Source of the DNA: Emiliania huxleyi CCMP1516
Lineage: Eukaryota
DNA length: 64,000 nucleotides
NCBI RefSeq assembly: GCF_000372725.1
Contig: NW_005201191.1
Span: forward strand, 92,745 to 156,744
Direction of reading: 5' to 3'
Below the pieces are notes generated by a model. It was not told the origin of the DNA, searched no databases, and saw only the letters and a program-made list of their open reading frames with translations. The translations under genes and the position numbers were made by a program. Shown here one piece after another: positions 49,841-61,769 of this stretch; position 1 is the first letter of the stretch; every line of letters starts with the position of its first letter.

Positions 49841-50949
49841 AAGGTGGATGGGGGCGATGGGTGTGAGATTGAGGAAAGGTAGCGGCTTGGTCAGTGAGAA
49901 TGCTGCCAAAACATCCTTCTTTGTGTGTGTGTGCGTGGGGGGAGACGGGAGTGGTGCCTTTTGTTTATTGACTTTGTCGTTTCACGTTTGCGGGGTGGGA
50001 CTCAGCCAGCGCTAGCTAGAGGCTGCGACACATCCCGAGTGATGAGCGTACGGCACTAAGCCACTCAGGGCCACGCCCCCCCCTCTGTCGCCCCTCCCAG
50101 CACCCACGGTGCCAAGGGCACAAACATGACACCGGAAACAACACACACAAACATGCGACAGGGGACGCGGCACTGTCCGAGGAGGCAACCGGCCAAAAAA
50201 AAGCGCATGTCTTGAAGGTCCGATACTGGAAGCCCATATAGGCACCTAACACTCCCCCGCAGTATCGCACCTCTTGAGCGACACTACGTTTCCGCAGCTG
50301 GGGATTCTCCGGGTACCCCTCTTTGTACCCGTGCTGGCCGGATTCCTCCTCCGAACAAGTCAAGTTCGATCGGCCCCAGTCTCGAACTGGCAGCCACTAT
50401 CTCACCGGAGGTACCATGTCCGAGGAGGCCACCGGCCAAAAGCGCATGTCTTAGGTAGGTAGGTAGGTAGAAAGGTGAAGAACAGCCAGGCTCGGACTGG
50501 ACACCAACGCGGTATGGGTGGACGCGAGACAGATGATGACGACACGCACGAGCGACACACAGACACAAACAAGCTCACAAGACACACAGCCAGCTGGCTG
50601 CCACACACCCTGAGTTGGCGTACACATAACTCAAGGCCACATCCTCCCTGTCGCCCCCCCCAGCACTCCAAGGTGCCAAGAGAACAAACAAGGGCACAAC
50701 AACACAACAGACGACAGGGGAGAACGCGTGAGGCTAGAGCAGGCTTGCTCGTCCTCTAGCAATCTCCGCCGACCGCGAGGCCGGACTAGACCGTGTGTGG
50801 GGTCATGTGAGGTGTCTCTGGTCACTCTCCTCAGGGGCTAGCCGCCATGTCTTGATAGGCACCTTACGCCACGATACCACACCGCGCAAAAAGTTGGTAC
50901 CCTGCCTTTCGAGTTACCCGGTAGCAAGGCCTTTTATGTGCTGCCGGTC

Positions 50950-53394
50950 ATGCCGTCGACGCTGCAGGTGCACCCACCAGGCGACCTCGGCCCGTCCTCT
51001 CTCTGTGCGGCCGGCTCTCTGGTCCTCGTCGTCGCTGCCACCTCTGCGGCGCTCGGGCTTCGGCTTGAGGGCAAGATAGCGGTGTCTGCGCTGCGGACGG
51101 TGTGCCAGCTGCTCGCGCTGGGATCGCTGCTCTACCCAATCTTCTCCTACAACCGACCGTTTGTCGTCATTCCTTACATTGCGTTGATGGTCTGTTTTGC
51201 CGCCCGAGAGGCGGCCGCCAAGCCGCAGCACACATACAGTCAGATGGCCGCTCACTTCGGCTTCGCTCTCGCCCTGGCGCTGACCACCTCCTTCGCGCTG
51301 TGCGCCGGCCTCATCCTACGGCCGACGCCGTGGTGGGACGCGCAGATCATGATCCCTGTCAGCGGCATGCTGCTCGGCAACGCCATCTCCGCCCTGTCCC
51401 TCGGCGTAGACCGGTTCGTCGGTCTGCTGTGCGGCGGCGAGGGCGGGCAAGTGAGGTGCCTCCTCGCGTGCGGCGCTTCGAGGGTCGAGGCGGCGCTGCC
51501 CGCAGCGCAGGGCGGCCTGATGACGGGCCTCACTCCCACCCTCAACCAGATGAGTGTCATCGGCCTCGTCTCGATCCCCGGCATGATGACCGGGACGGTG
51601 CTCGGGGGCACGCCGCCGCTCGTCGCCGCAAAGTACCAGATGATGATCATGTTTGTCATCCTGTTCACCTCCTCGGCCGCACTCGCCACCTCGATCGCCC
51701 TCGCAGCCTCCTCGCTCCTCGACGCTCGCGCCTTTCTCCACCCGCACAGGGCCCAGCGGAGAGCCGGCAGGAAGCACGCGGACATTCTCGTGGCGGCCGC
51801 GGCCGCAGTTGCGGGTGTGGCGCGACGGCTCGCGGGGGCGTGCGGGCGGGCTCGGCCCGCCCCTCCGGTGTCCTCCGACGCCGCCCGCTCGCTACTCGGT
51901 GAGGCCTCCGCCTCCGGCGGGCCGCCTCCGCTTTCGGCACGAGGCCTCTTCTCACCCCGTTGTGTGTTGACGCGATCCACTAAAGCCACTGCCGAACTCC
52001 CACCCCCCGTTGCCGAGCTCGCGACGTAGGCTGCTTCCGCGAGGCGCCCCTCGCGGCAGGGGCAGAGGCGGCGCTCCTCTCCCTCTCGGATGGCTTCGTC
52101 GAGGCCGGCTCGGGGACGCCCCTGGTGGGCGCAGAGAGGCTCTCAACCGCGCGAGATGGCCCGAGAGATGACCCGAGAGATGGCCCGAGAGTAGGTGCGG
52201 ATGGCCTCGCTCACGGTGAGAAGGGGCGAGGCGCTTGCGCTGCGGGGCCCGTACGACTAGATGGTACGACTAGATGGTACGACCAGACGGTACGACCAGA
52301 TGGTCCACGCAGCCCACGCAGCTCACGCTCCCACGCAGCTCTGCGGAGCACACGGCACGAGCGCCGCAGGGGCGAAGTGGTCGCCAGCAGTGCCAGACAG
52401 AGTACTTGATCCCCGTGTTTTGGAAGATCTGCATTCGCCCCTAGGCCCGTCGGGCAGCGGCAAGTCGTCACTCCTCAGAGCGCTCGCCGCGGCGGTGCCG
52501 CTCGCCGCAGGGTCGCTCACGCTGAGTGGCGGCACGCTCGCCTCGCGAGGCGCCGCACGCTGGCGCGCGTCGGTGCTCTATGTCCGGCAGGAGGGCGGGC
52601 GCGGGGTCCTAGATGCGGACTATCTCCCCATACCTCCCCAGATCTCCCCACGTCTCGCCTTCCTAGAGACTCGAGTGTTCGCTCAGACGCTGGTGTGCTC
52701 ATGACGTAGCCTTGGGCTGCCCGGCTCGCCGAGGCGGCTGTTTGACCGCATCGTTTCGCTGCGAGTGCAGCGGGCGCGCCAAAGCCCGGCAGCGGCACGG
52801 TTCCGGCTGCTGCACCGACTGTGAATGCGGATAGTTTCTCTTCACACCTCCGACCATGAACAGGCGTGGTCCCGGCTGCTGGAGGGGCTGGCGAGGCTGC
52901 AGCTTCCCGACTCGCTTCTCGAGCAGGAGTGGGCCCCTCAACCCTTACCTAATCCCAACCCAAACCCTAACCCTAACCAATACCCTGACCCTCACCCTGA
53001 CCCTCACCCCGACCGCTCCTTGAGCAGGACTGGGCCTCCCTCTCTGGCGGCGAGAGCCAGCGCGTCTACCTGGCGATGATGGTGGCGCTGCGGCCGCAGG
53101 TCCTTCTCCTCGACGAGGTTTGGCGGAGATTTCGCCGAGATATCCCCGAGATGCAGCCAAGATCGACGAGGCGACGAGCGCACACACACGCGACCCACAC
53201 GCGCACGCAGAATGGGGGAGCTGCTCCCCTAGGTGACGAGTGCGTGCGACGGCGAGGCGACCGCGCTTGTGGAGGCGCTGGTGGCGCAGGCCGCGGTCGG
53301 GGCGGTCTGGATCACGCATGACACGGCGCAGGCGTCACGGGTGGCCACCCGCATTGTGGAGTTCCAATTAGTGGCTTGCGATGCTCTATGCTGA
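50950..53394 (+). CDS. ABC transporter: UPF0014 (FetB/YbbM/ALS3/STAR2-like) permease followed by a FetA/STAR1-like ATPase, probably one spliced gene
   Basis: Permease motifs RTVCQL, IPVSGMLLGN, GLVSIPGMMTG and AAKYQ. ATPase motifs GPSGSGKS, LSGGESQR, LLLDE and WITHD. Confidence 0.85.
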
Positions 53395-53695
53395 CCGCGC
53401 CCACGGCTCTACTACGGTTCATCCTCGTCGAACTACCGTTCGCGCTGAATCGCGCCCTCCTCTCTAGTGCTACCTTGTAAACGGACACCGCGCCCAGTAG
53501 CAGCCGACGCGGCCCAGTAGTGCAGCCGACGCCACACCACGCGAGCGTGTCATACGAACCTTATTAGCGCCGTGGTGCCGTCGTTGCCTTGCGGCGTGCG
53601 TCCATGGATAGTAGCAGTTCTCGTTCTATCAGTAGCGTGTACCTTCAACTAATCTACTAATCGCATCTAGAGTTCTTTTTCTTCTTTCTGGCGGC

Positions 53696-55230
53696 ATGTG
53701 CGCCGACCAGGCTCGGGGCGACCTGGCCTCGCTGCGCGCCTTCCTCTCCGGGTGGCGGACGCGCGGCACGTCGCTCGCGAGCTCGACGCGCGGCACGACA
53801 CCGAGAGGCATAACACGCTGCTGACCTGGGCCGCTCGGCACGGGCAGGCCGAGGCGGTGTGGCTGCTGCTCGACAGCGGCGCGAGCGTGGGGGCGACGAA
53901 TGATGACGGCGCTTCCGCGCTGCACATCGCGTGCCAGGAGGGGCAGATTGAGTGCGCCCGGCTGCTCCTCGAGGCTGGCGCGGCGACCGACCAAGCAGAC
54001 GCCAGAGGCGCCACGCCGCTGTCCATCGCGTGCCTGCAGGGCCATGACCAGTGCGTCCGGCTGCTTCTCGAGGCGAGCGCGGCGGTCAATCAAGCCAACG
54101 GCAGCGCCACGCCGCTGATCATCGCGTGCTACAAGGGCCACCTCGAGGTCGCCCGGCTGCTGCGCGACGCTGGCGCGGCCGTCAACCAGGCCGCGGCGAA
54201 CGGTGCCACGCCGCTGTTCATGGCGTGCCAGGAGGGCCATCCCGAGTGCGTTCGGCTGCTTCTCGAGGCTGGCGCAGCGGTCGACCAGGCCTGCGGCAAT
54301 GGCGCCACGCCGCTGTTCATGGCGTGCCAGGAGGGCCAGCTCGAGTGCGCACGGCTGCTTCTCGAGGCTGGTGCAGCGATAAACCAAGCCACGCAGGATG
54401 GCGTCACGCCGCTGTTCATCGCGTGCGAGACGGGGCAGCTCGAGTGCGTGCAGCTGCTCCTCGAGGCTGGCGCGGCGGTCAACCAAGCCAAGCAGAACGG
54501 CGTCACGCCGCTGTACATCGCGAGCGAGAACGGCCACCCCGAGATCGCCCGGCTGCTCCTCGAGGCTGGCGCGGCGATCGAGCAGACCTGCAACGACGGC
54601 GCCACGCCGCTGTTCATCGCGTGCCAGGAGGGCCACCCCGAGTGCGTCCGGCTGCTCCTCGAGGCTGGCGCGGCGGTAAGCCAAGCCGAGGACAACGGCG
54701 CCACGCCGCTGCTCATCGCGTGCCTAGAGGGCCACCTTGAGGTCGCCAAGCTCCTCTCCTCCTATGGCGCCTCCCGCGCCGCTACGCCATCCGTCGGCAC
54801 GCCCGAGGAGGCCGCAACCAGCGCAGGCCACGCCGACCTCGCCGCCTGGCTGGTCGCCAGCCGCGGCTGGACGCCGCTCGCGCACCTTGAGACCCTCACC
54901 GCCGCCCGCGCCACCTCCCTCCTGCGCGGCGGCGCAAGCTTGCACGAGGGCGAGCCGACGCCGCTGCGGCGCGCCGCGGGCGGCGAGGGCGAGGCGGCGG
55001 CGTTGGTCCGGCGGGCGGCGGCGCCGTGGTCGCCGGCAAGCCACTCGCTCTTCCCCGCGGCGGCCCGCGCGCGGGCGGCGCTCCTCGTCGTCTCGATCTA
55101 CGCGATCCACGAGCGGTACCACCTCGACTCGGCCGGAGCCACGAACGGCATCGCGGCGCTCGACTTTGGCCACTGCGTCTTGGGCTTCGCCATTGTGGGC
55201 GCGAGACGGAGTAGGCCGGAGGCGCGGTGA
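53696..55230 (+). CDS. Ankyrin-repeat protein (~9 repeats); possible 1-nt frameshift near the start
   Basis: Repeats like GATPLFIACQEGHPECVRLLLEAGAAVNQA. The ATG at 53696 is out of frame with the main ORF. Confidence 0.93.
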
Positions 55231-56850
55231 GAGTCTTTGCCTCGGCTCCGACCATGGTCGTGGCTCGTGCTGCTTGCTGTCTTGGGTCCGGAACCGCTGT
55301 TTGGATATTGGGAGAGTGCGCATTTGGGGGGGGGGGGGGGGATGCCGATGGGGGAGATTGTAACAAAAAGCCACGACACACACATATTTTCCAGCGGGGT
55401 CTGGCTCTGTCTGGTACTGGAGACTCTGGCACTTCTCCCTGGCTCCTGAGAGAGGAGACTGCCTGAGTGCCTGTGCGGGACTGCGAGCTCCTATATATGG
55501 AGAGATCCTTTTACCTTTTCATTCCGGCACATCCCCTGGCGGCATGTGTGTGTATCGCCGACGCACACGCAGGCCTGCAGCGGACCACCCCCACCCTCAA
55601 CGGAGGGCTGCAGCGAAATTACCAGCGAATGCTTGCCTTCCCCTGTGCGCGGCGTATCTCAGTGCCGCTTTTGGCGGTCCCTCCATCGCTCTCGTCATCT
55701 CCACGGCTGTAGCGCGAGTCCGATGAGCAGCGCCGCCGGCAGGAGCGACCCTATGCAGTAGATATAGCGGTCATCGAACATCGTGAGGACGCCGCTTCGT
55801 CGCTCGGCGGTGGCTTCACTACCTATGCAGCACACGCGCGCCGCCTCGGCGCCGCCGACGGCGCCCACGGCGTACGCGACGCAGCAAAAGGATGCCCGAA
55901 ATCACCCGTTTTTGCCCAATTTTTGGTCATCCGTTAAAATATCTGAAGATCTGAATGGGGGATTCTCCCCAAACCTTGCTCAGCTGATCCAGCCTGGGGG
56001 GAAGGCCAGCCCTGGCCAAAGAAACCAGCACCTCATCAGGCTTCCCTGAGCGTCACAGCTCGGTGATTGCGCCGGCCGGACACCACTGTAACGGCCGTTC
56101 CGGGCGTTTGAACGCGACCTTCGGGGGCGAAGACATGGGCTCTATGGCTCAGACTGGACTCCTCTTGGTCCCTTCTGATGCCCTAGGCCACACCTGGGCC
56201 TTACCCGGGGTCCTAGGGGGCGGGCAGGGTTTGCCCCCCGAAACTGGCATGGGGCACCTTAATGGTAAGGTTTCTTAATGCCCGCAACAGACTGTACTGC
56301 TTCCACATTCACATTCCGAGGTTAGCCACAAGTCATCGAACTTGTCGAATGTGTGTGCGAAACAGCGCCCAAAGATAGGGAGGGAGCACCGGGGGCCTGA
56401 GGGATGGCGTGCTCCCTTACTGCCGGCTGCATCCCGGTCGACTCTGACCTTTACGGGCCTCCCAGCAAAATCACCACCCTCAGCGAAACACCAATTGTTG
56501 CCGAGTGCTGCTGCCCGGGTGAGCCGGTCGTCGAGGTGCGGCCAGCCGCGGGGGCGTTGGCAAACAATGATTGGCCCAACGTCGTTGTGTGCCGCGACCC
56601 GGAGGCGGCACATCCGCAGCCTCCACCGCCGACACCACCCACGACGATCGCCGGCTGCCATTGGTGCCACGACCTTCCCTCTTTTTACATGCAACGACGC
56701 GGGTCCCAGCGGGTTTTCACGTAACAAGTACACACAAAATGGGGGATCGCCGGCCCCCACCAGTAAAACGAGAGCCCGCCCCCGCGCGACGTGTCTGATC
56801 TGAGATGATCGTGCCCGCGAGCAGGCTGCGACCGAGGTTGCTGCTCCCCT

Positions 56851-57873
56851 GTGCTCTTTTCTCTAGCCGCTACCCTTTCCTCTTTGTCTCGTGGCGGAAG
56901 CGCTGCGTTGCTGCCTGGCTTTGCGACGGCATTTGGAACCTTTGACCAGAGCCATCTCTTGTTATCCGTCTGGTCAGTGCTCGGCCCCGCCCCGCATGAG
57001 CTGGAGGCAACGCCTCGCGGCATCTGCCCTTTGCCCGCAGGAACTTTCACCGCGGCGGGCGGCGGGCGCCAGTTTGCATTCGGCATGCCCACAGGATTCT
57101 ACGAGGGACCGGTCGTGATCTGGCTGCCTGGCACTGGCAACGACTGCAGCGGAGCCTATCATCAAGAGTTCTTTGCCACCATATCGTCCAACCTTCCTTG
57201 TCTCTGTGGTGCGTACGACACCAATGCAGCTTTTTTGGCGGGAAGGTCAAGGACGGTTGCCTTGAGCATCACAGAAGAGATTGAGCGCCTGATTGGGATT
57301 GGAATGGCCGCGCTGAAAGCTTCATACCCGGGCTGCGGTGTCCTTGCCGACCTCAACGTTGGTGTTGGCGCCGCGTCCGGGTGGGAGTGGGAGCGACTGA
57401 TCCTATCTGGCCACTCTCAGGGCGCCGTCCACGCCGCACGGCTGTCGCAGCGGCACCGGGTGGGCAGGGCCATTTTCTTTAGCAGTCCCTGCGCAATGTT
57501 TAACGACGAGCTTGCTTGGATGAGCGGTCCCTTTGCCACTCCGGCCGACCGACTGTTTGGCCTCACGTCTGTCGCCGACATGACGTGTCCATGGGATAGC
57601 AGAGGGTGGAACTTGCTTTTTGGCGTCAACCAGGTAGGGGTGAGGCGGCAGTGGGCCAGGATTGGCATCACCGACCTTCTCGAGGTGAATGAGCGGACCC
57701 CGCTGGCCTCGTACTCGCCCGGAAATAGCCACGGCATCTACCTGGCGATGAAGCGGGCGATTGGCTGCTTGTACGTGGACGGCCACACCGAGACCGTTTA
57801 CGACCTCTTGCCGCCGTGCTGGTACGACCGGAAGCGGACGTGGGGGCTGCTGTTCGGGTGGGTAAATAAATAA
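56851..57873 (+). CDS. Intron-less alpha/beta hydrolase (GHSQG nucleophile motif; BPSS1187-like)
   Basis: Has WLPGTG, WERLILSGHSQGAVHAA and RVGRAIFFSSP. Start codon uncertain. Confidence 0.75.
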   Translation: MLFSLAATLSSLSRGGSAALLPGFATAFGTFDQSHLLLSVWSVLGPAPHELEATPRGICPLPAGTFTAAGGGRQFAFGMPTGFYEGPVVIWLPGTGNDCSGAYHQEFFATISSNLPCLCGAYDTNAAFLAGRSRTVALSITEEIERLIGIGMAALKASYPGCGVLADLNVGVGAASGWEWERLILSGHSQGAVHAARLSQRHRVGRAIFFSSPCAMFNDELAWMSGPFATPADRLFGLTSVADMTCPWDSRGWNLLFGVNQVGVRRQWARIGITDLLEVNERTPLASYSPGNSHGIYLAMKRAIGCLYVDGHTETVYDLLPPCWYDRKRTWGLLFGWVNK

Positions 57874-58148
57874 ACACAACTTCCAAGCACGCACGATGCG
57901 AAGCACAACAGAGCAGACAGATGACGATTACCACCCAGCGCACGACCGCCAACTCTCCGGCGCAGGCCGCGAAGAACCGAGTCGTCCGCGGGCCGATGGT
58001 CGCGCTCGCGGCGCGCCGGCGCGGCGCAGTGGACGCAGCCCGGTTCGCAGCTTCGCGAGCTACGTGGGGGCGGCCACAGTACGGCCCGGTGGCCGCCCCC
58101 GCAATGAGGCCAAGCGAATAAAAATAAAAGCGGACACTCTTCACTCTA

Positions 58149-58727
58149 CTAGGAGATGGGTAAAAAGGAACACGTGTAGAAATGGGTCTCATTACGTCCA
58201 GCTCTAGCAAAAGCGGGCGGCAGCTGGACGACAATGGCACCGACTGCCCTGGCCATGCGCTCGCGCACCCTTGTAGTGAGAAGGCACATTAGCAAGAGCA
58301 CGTAGCAGTCGAATGCGACTGAGCATGCGAACGAGACGTGCAGGCTCGGCGCGGCCGGCAGGTCGGCAAAGGCGCGCAAAGAGAACTTGGCCAGGAGCGA
58401 GACGCACATGCCGCATCCCTCGATGGGCCGGTACAGCGCCCACAAGGAGGCGTCCTTACGCCAGCAAAACAGCAAGGCGATGAGAGTTATCCCGCATGGT
58501 TCTTGAAAGATGGAGGCGCACAGCGCCGCAACTATAGATCCGGAAGTGAGATCGAATCGTCCCTTCTGAACGCTCGTAACCGCAATGTGCCAAGTCATGG
58601 AGGCCAGCCCCAGAAGCATGGCGCATAGGCAGCGCCTACATGCACCGACTGAATGGCCATGCGGGAAGGCCGCCGCAGCGACACCAAGGCCTCCTGTCTG
58701 CGTTGCTATGAAACTGAGAGCGATCAT
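58149..58727 (-). CDS. Hypothetical multi-pass membrane protein
   Basis: Several hydrophobic stretches. No recognised motif. Confidence 0.35.
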   Translation of the reverse strand: MIALSFIATQTGGLGVAAAAFPHGHSVGACRRCLCAMLLGLASMTWHIAVTSVQKGRFDLTSGSIVAALCASIFQEPCGITLIALLFCWRKDASLWALYRPIEGCGMCVSLLAKFSLRAFADLPAAPSLHVSFACSVAFDCYVLLLMCLLTTRVRERMARAVGAIVVQLPPAFARAGRNETHFYTCSFLPIS

Positions 58728-58826
58728 GAACTCGCCGCTGGACTCGCGTGCGGTTAGCAGCTGGTCGAAAAAGAAGGCGGCACAGAGTACAATGACCGCC
58801 GCTGATGCAGAGAACGAGCGGCGCCG

Positions 58827-59418
58827 AAGCCAAATATCCTAAGCCAAATATCCTGAGGGAATATCCTAAGCCAAATATCCTGAGACAATTTCCTAAGCCA
58901 AATATCCTGAGACAATATCCTAAGCCAAATATCCTGAGACCATATCCTAAGCAAATATGCTGAGACCATATTCTAAGCCAAATATCCTAAGCCAAATATC
59001 CTGAGATAATTTCCTAAGCCAAATATCCTAAGCCAAATATCCTGAGACCATATCCTAAGCAGATATGGTCTGCTAAGCCAAATATCCTGAGACAATTTCC
59101 TAAGCCAAATATCCTGAGACAATTTCCTAAGCCAAATATCCTGAGACAATTTCCTAAGGCAAATATCCTGAGACAATTTCCTAAGCCAAATATCCTAAGA
59201 CCATATCCTGAGACAATATCCTGAGCCAAATATCTAAGACAATATTCTGAGACAAATATCCTTAGCGATTGATCTTGGAGAGTCGCCTTAGAAAATATCC
59301 GAGAAATATCCTTAGAAAATATCCTTAGAAATATCCTTAGAAATTCTCCTTAGAAATCTCCTTAGAAAGTGTCCTTAGAGATTACCCTGAGGAATACCCC
59401 TTAGGGAATATCTAAGGG
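58827..59418. repeat. AT-rich tandem array of 13/14-bp modules (27-bp composite TAAGCCAAATATCCTGAGACAATTTCC) changing to CCTTAGAAAATAT variants
   Basis: Directly visible, and in strong compositional contrast with the flanks. Confidence 0.95.
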
Positions 59419-60172
59419 TTGTACTTAGGAGTCGATTTCCGCGTCGAAAAATGGCCGAAGGAGCACGTGGGCACTAGTTATGGACGAAAGTGCATTTTGT
59501 TCACAGCATGTAGATGTGAATGCGTTCCCATTACCATTTGCGGCAAGTCTCAAGCGATGGTGCCAGATTCCGACCTCATCTTCACGCCAGTGATGCGGTT
59601 GATCACGCGAGTCGATCGACACGTCTTCGCCGCTCTTTCACCGACGCCCACAGCGCCAGCCAGTGTCACGACGTGCCGCTGCCAAGAACGACACTGTGCT
59701 CTGAGGATTCGCCGCACATCGAAGGAATCAGAAGCGCGCCTTCGTGGATCTTTGTGTGTCGGGACAGGCGCTGAGGTTTGTGTCTCCTCTCGTCATCCTC
59801 CGCTGGCGTTTCGACACTGTGACAGCGGCAGCGCTGTGGCTTTGACGCTTCGGCTGCTTGCAATCGCAGCCACCGCACTCCCGTCGCTGCCTTCCTGTTG
59901 CCTGCAGTGGCACGCTGCGGAGTCTCCCCGGCTCGGCAGTACTGGTCGGCGTCTTGTCCTGTCGTCACCCTCGCGTCGCCGCCGTGGTCCGGCGCGGCGG
60001 TCATCCGGACAGAGTGTATCCCTCAGTGAGCCGACTCGCGACCCGCACTGCATGAGGGCAAGAAAAGCCGAGCCGTGCCACCGTCCTGCTCCCCCCTTTT
60101 GCATGTCTTTTTACGTGAGAGCATTCTGCTAAACAAGAGGAAACCAGAGTACTCTCCACTCTTCGCTACTAC

Positions 60173-61561
60173 CTACCACTCCTTGACGGCCTGCTCAAGG
60201 AGAGGCTTGATCTCATCTGCCCACCTGGGTGCGAGCTCCTTCCAAGTTGATCGCGCGAACTCATAGCACTCCTGTGCGGTTCGCCCTCCATCCTCGAAAC
60301 CGGCCGGGGCACCGTTGAACATCTTGGTCTGCTCGTTCCCCCCCCCCGCGGCACGTTTGTTGCCGGTCTGCTTTCCAGTCTGTTTGGACAGGTAGCGCTG
60401 CGTGTACGCTTGCTTCTCCGCCTTTGACATGATGACCATGTGCGTGTGTGAGTTGACCTCTGCCGCGGTGTTGAGTGGGCGCCGAAGCAGCCCGCATGAC
60501 GCATTGTGACCCTGCAGCTGGTCCTGCATGCCATGGAGGTACGAACCCAACACAACTCCTTCCGGCGTGTCCTCCGTCTTCTTGACCGTTCGCGGATGCC
60601 ACTGCTCGTCCTGATTGTGGAGCTCGAACTCAACCGCCGGAGACAAGGTGAATGTGACCTCTGGGGCGAGCTCCGTGCCGCACCTGTGGAGGTCTCCGTC
60701 GCGCCTCCTCAGTTGCAGCGCCATCGTCAAGACTCGGGGGTGGCCAACCGTCATTGTGCTGATGGGGGCAGCGTCCTGCGAGTTTCGCTGCCCTCCCACC
60801 ACATCCTGGTGCAAGCCGAGTGTGGAGCCGCACTTGTCCCCGCCCTGCCTGCTCGGCGGGTGTGGTAGGTTGAGTCGGCAATAGACGCAGTACGACTTGC
60901 CCAGGTAGCACAGCACAATGCACGAGTTGAAGCGGTCGTCCTGCAGAATGTGCTCGATGCGGTCAGGGTATGGGAAGATCCGGAAGCGGTCTGGCTGGCG
61001 TCCAATGGAGAACTTGCCGCTGCACCACTCGTATGCCCACATCAACGCAAATGTGCAGTTGCACACGTCGCATTGCCACTCTCGCCCCACGCAGTACTTG
61101 CATCCTGTGCACCCCTTCCCGAGCGAGCCAGGGCAGTGCTCACCCCTGTCGCTGACGCCATCCCAGCAGCAGACGCAGGTGCGTGTCGGCAGCTGATCTG
61201 ACGGCACATGCGCCAACGGTACCTTTGCCTCTGGTGCTGTGTAGCTGAGCTGCGCCAGAACCAGCTTAGTGTTGTGAAAGTGTTCCGGCTTTGGGAAGTT
61301 GTGTTGCGGCGCCGTGATGTCGAGATCAGCTGGGTTTGCCAACAGGCGGTCTCGCACGAGTCCCACCACATACTCACGGAGGGCCGTAAGGTTGTCCGCA
61401 GAGAGGGTGCTCGTCTTGACGTCCGACCGGCGTGGGACGGGTGCCTGTTGACACGCGTCGAAGACGCGTGCCTTGAACGGCGCCTTCCGAGATGGGCCGT
61501 CGACTGGGGGGCGTCTGCAGGACATGCCGTGTGTCGGTGCGGCCTGCAAGTCTGAGAGCAT
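60173..61561 (-). CDS. Intron-less AlkB-like 2OG-Fe(II) dioxygenase with Cys-rich insertions
   Basis: Motifs in AlkB order: FNSCIVLCY, LGLHQD (HxD), PISTMTVGHPR, YLHGM, GLLRR. Confidence 0.65.
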   Translation of the reverse strand: MLSDLQAAPTHGMSCRRPPVDGPSRKAPFKARVFDACQQAPVPRRSDVKTSTLSADNLTALREYVVGLVRDRLLANPADLDITAPQHNFPKPEHFHNTKLVLAQLSYTAPEAKVPLAHVPSDQLPTRTCVCCWDGVSDRGEHCPGSLGKGCTGCKYCVGREWQCDVCNCTFALMWAYEWCSGKFSIGRQPDRFRIFPYPDRIEHILQDDRFNSCIVLCYLGKSYCVYCRLNLPHPPSRQGGDKCGSTLGLHQDVVGGQRNSQDAAPISTMTVGHPRVLTMALQLRRRDGDLHRCGTELAPEVTFTLSPAVEFELHNQDEQWHPRTVKKTEDTPEGVVLGSYLHGMQDQLQGHNASCGLLRRPLNTAAEVNSHTHMVIMSKAEKQAYTQRYLSKQTGKQTGNKRAAGGGNEQTKMFNGAPAGFEDGGRTAQECYEFARSTWKELAPRWADEIKPLLEQAVKEW

Positions 61562-61769
61562 GAAGGCTGCACTTTCTGGTGGCCGCGTGAAGCTCAGGCG
61601 CAGCTTGAAGTCGGTGATGTTGTCGCCGGACCACTGAGCTGCCCGCCCCCCCCCCTCCTGTGCCCATCCCTCCGTCCCCTACAGCCCCGGCCCCGGAGCG
61701 CCCTCTGCCCTTGCCCGCTGCGCCGTATGTCTGTTTGCCCATCCCTCCGCCGATCCCCGTTCCTCGCAG

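Noticed and set aside
58754..59229. ORFs with SQDIWLRKL / LRIFGLGNC repeats
   Set aside because: They are translations of the 27-bp DNA array, with no evidence of coding.
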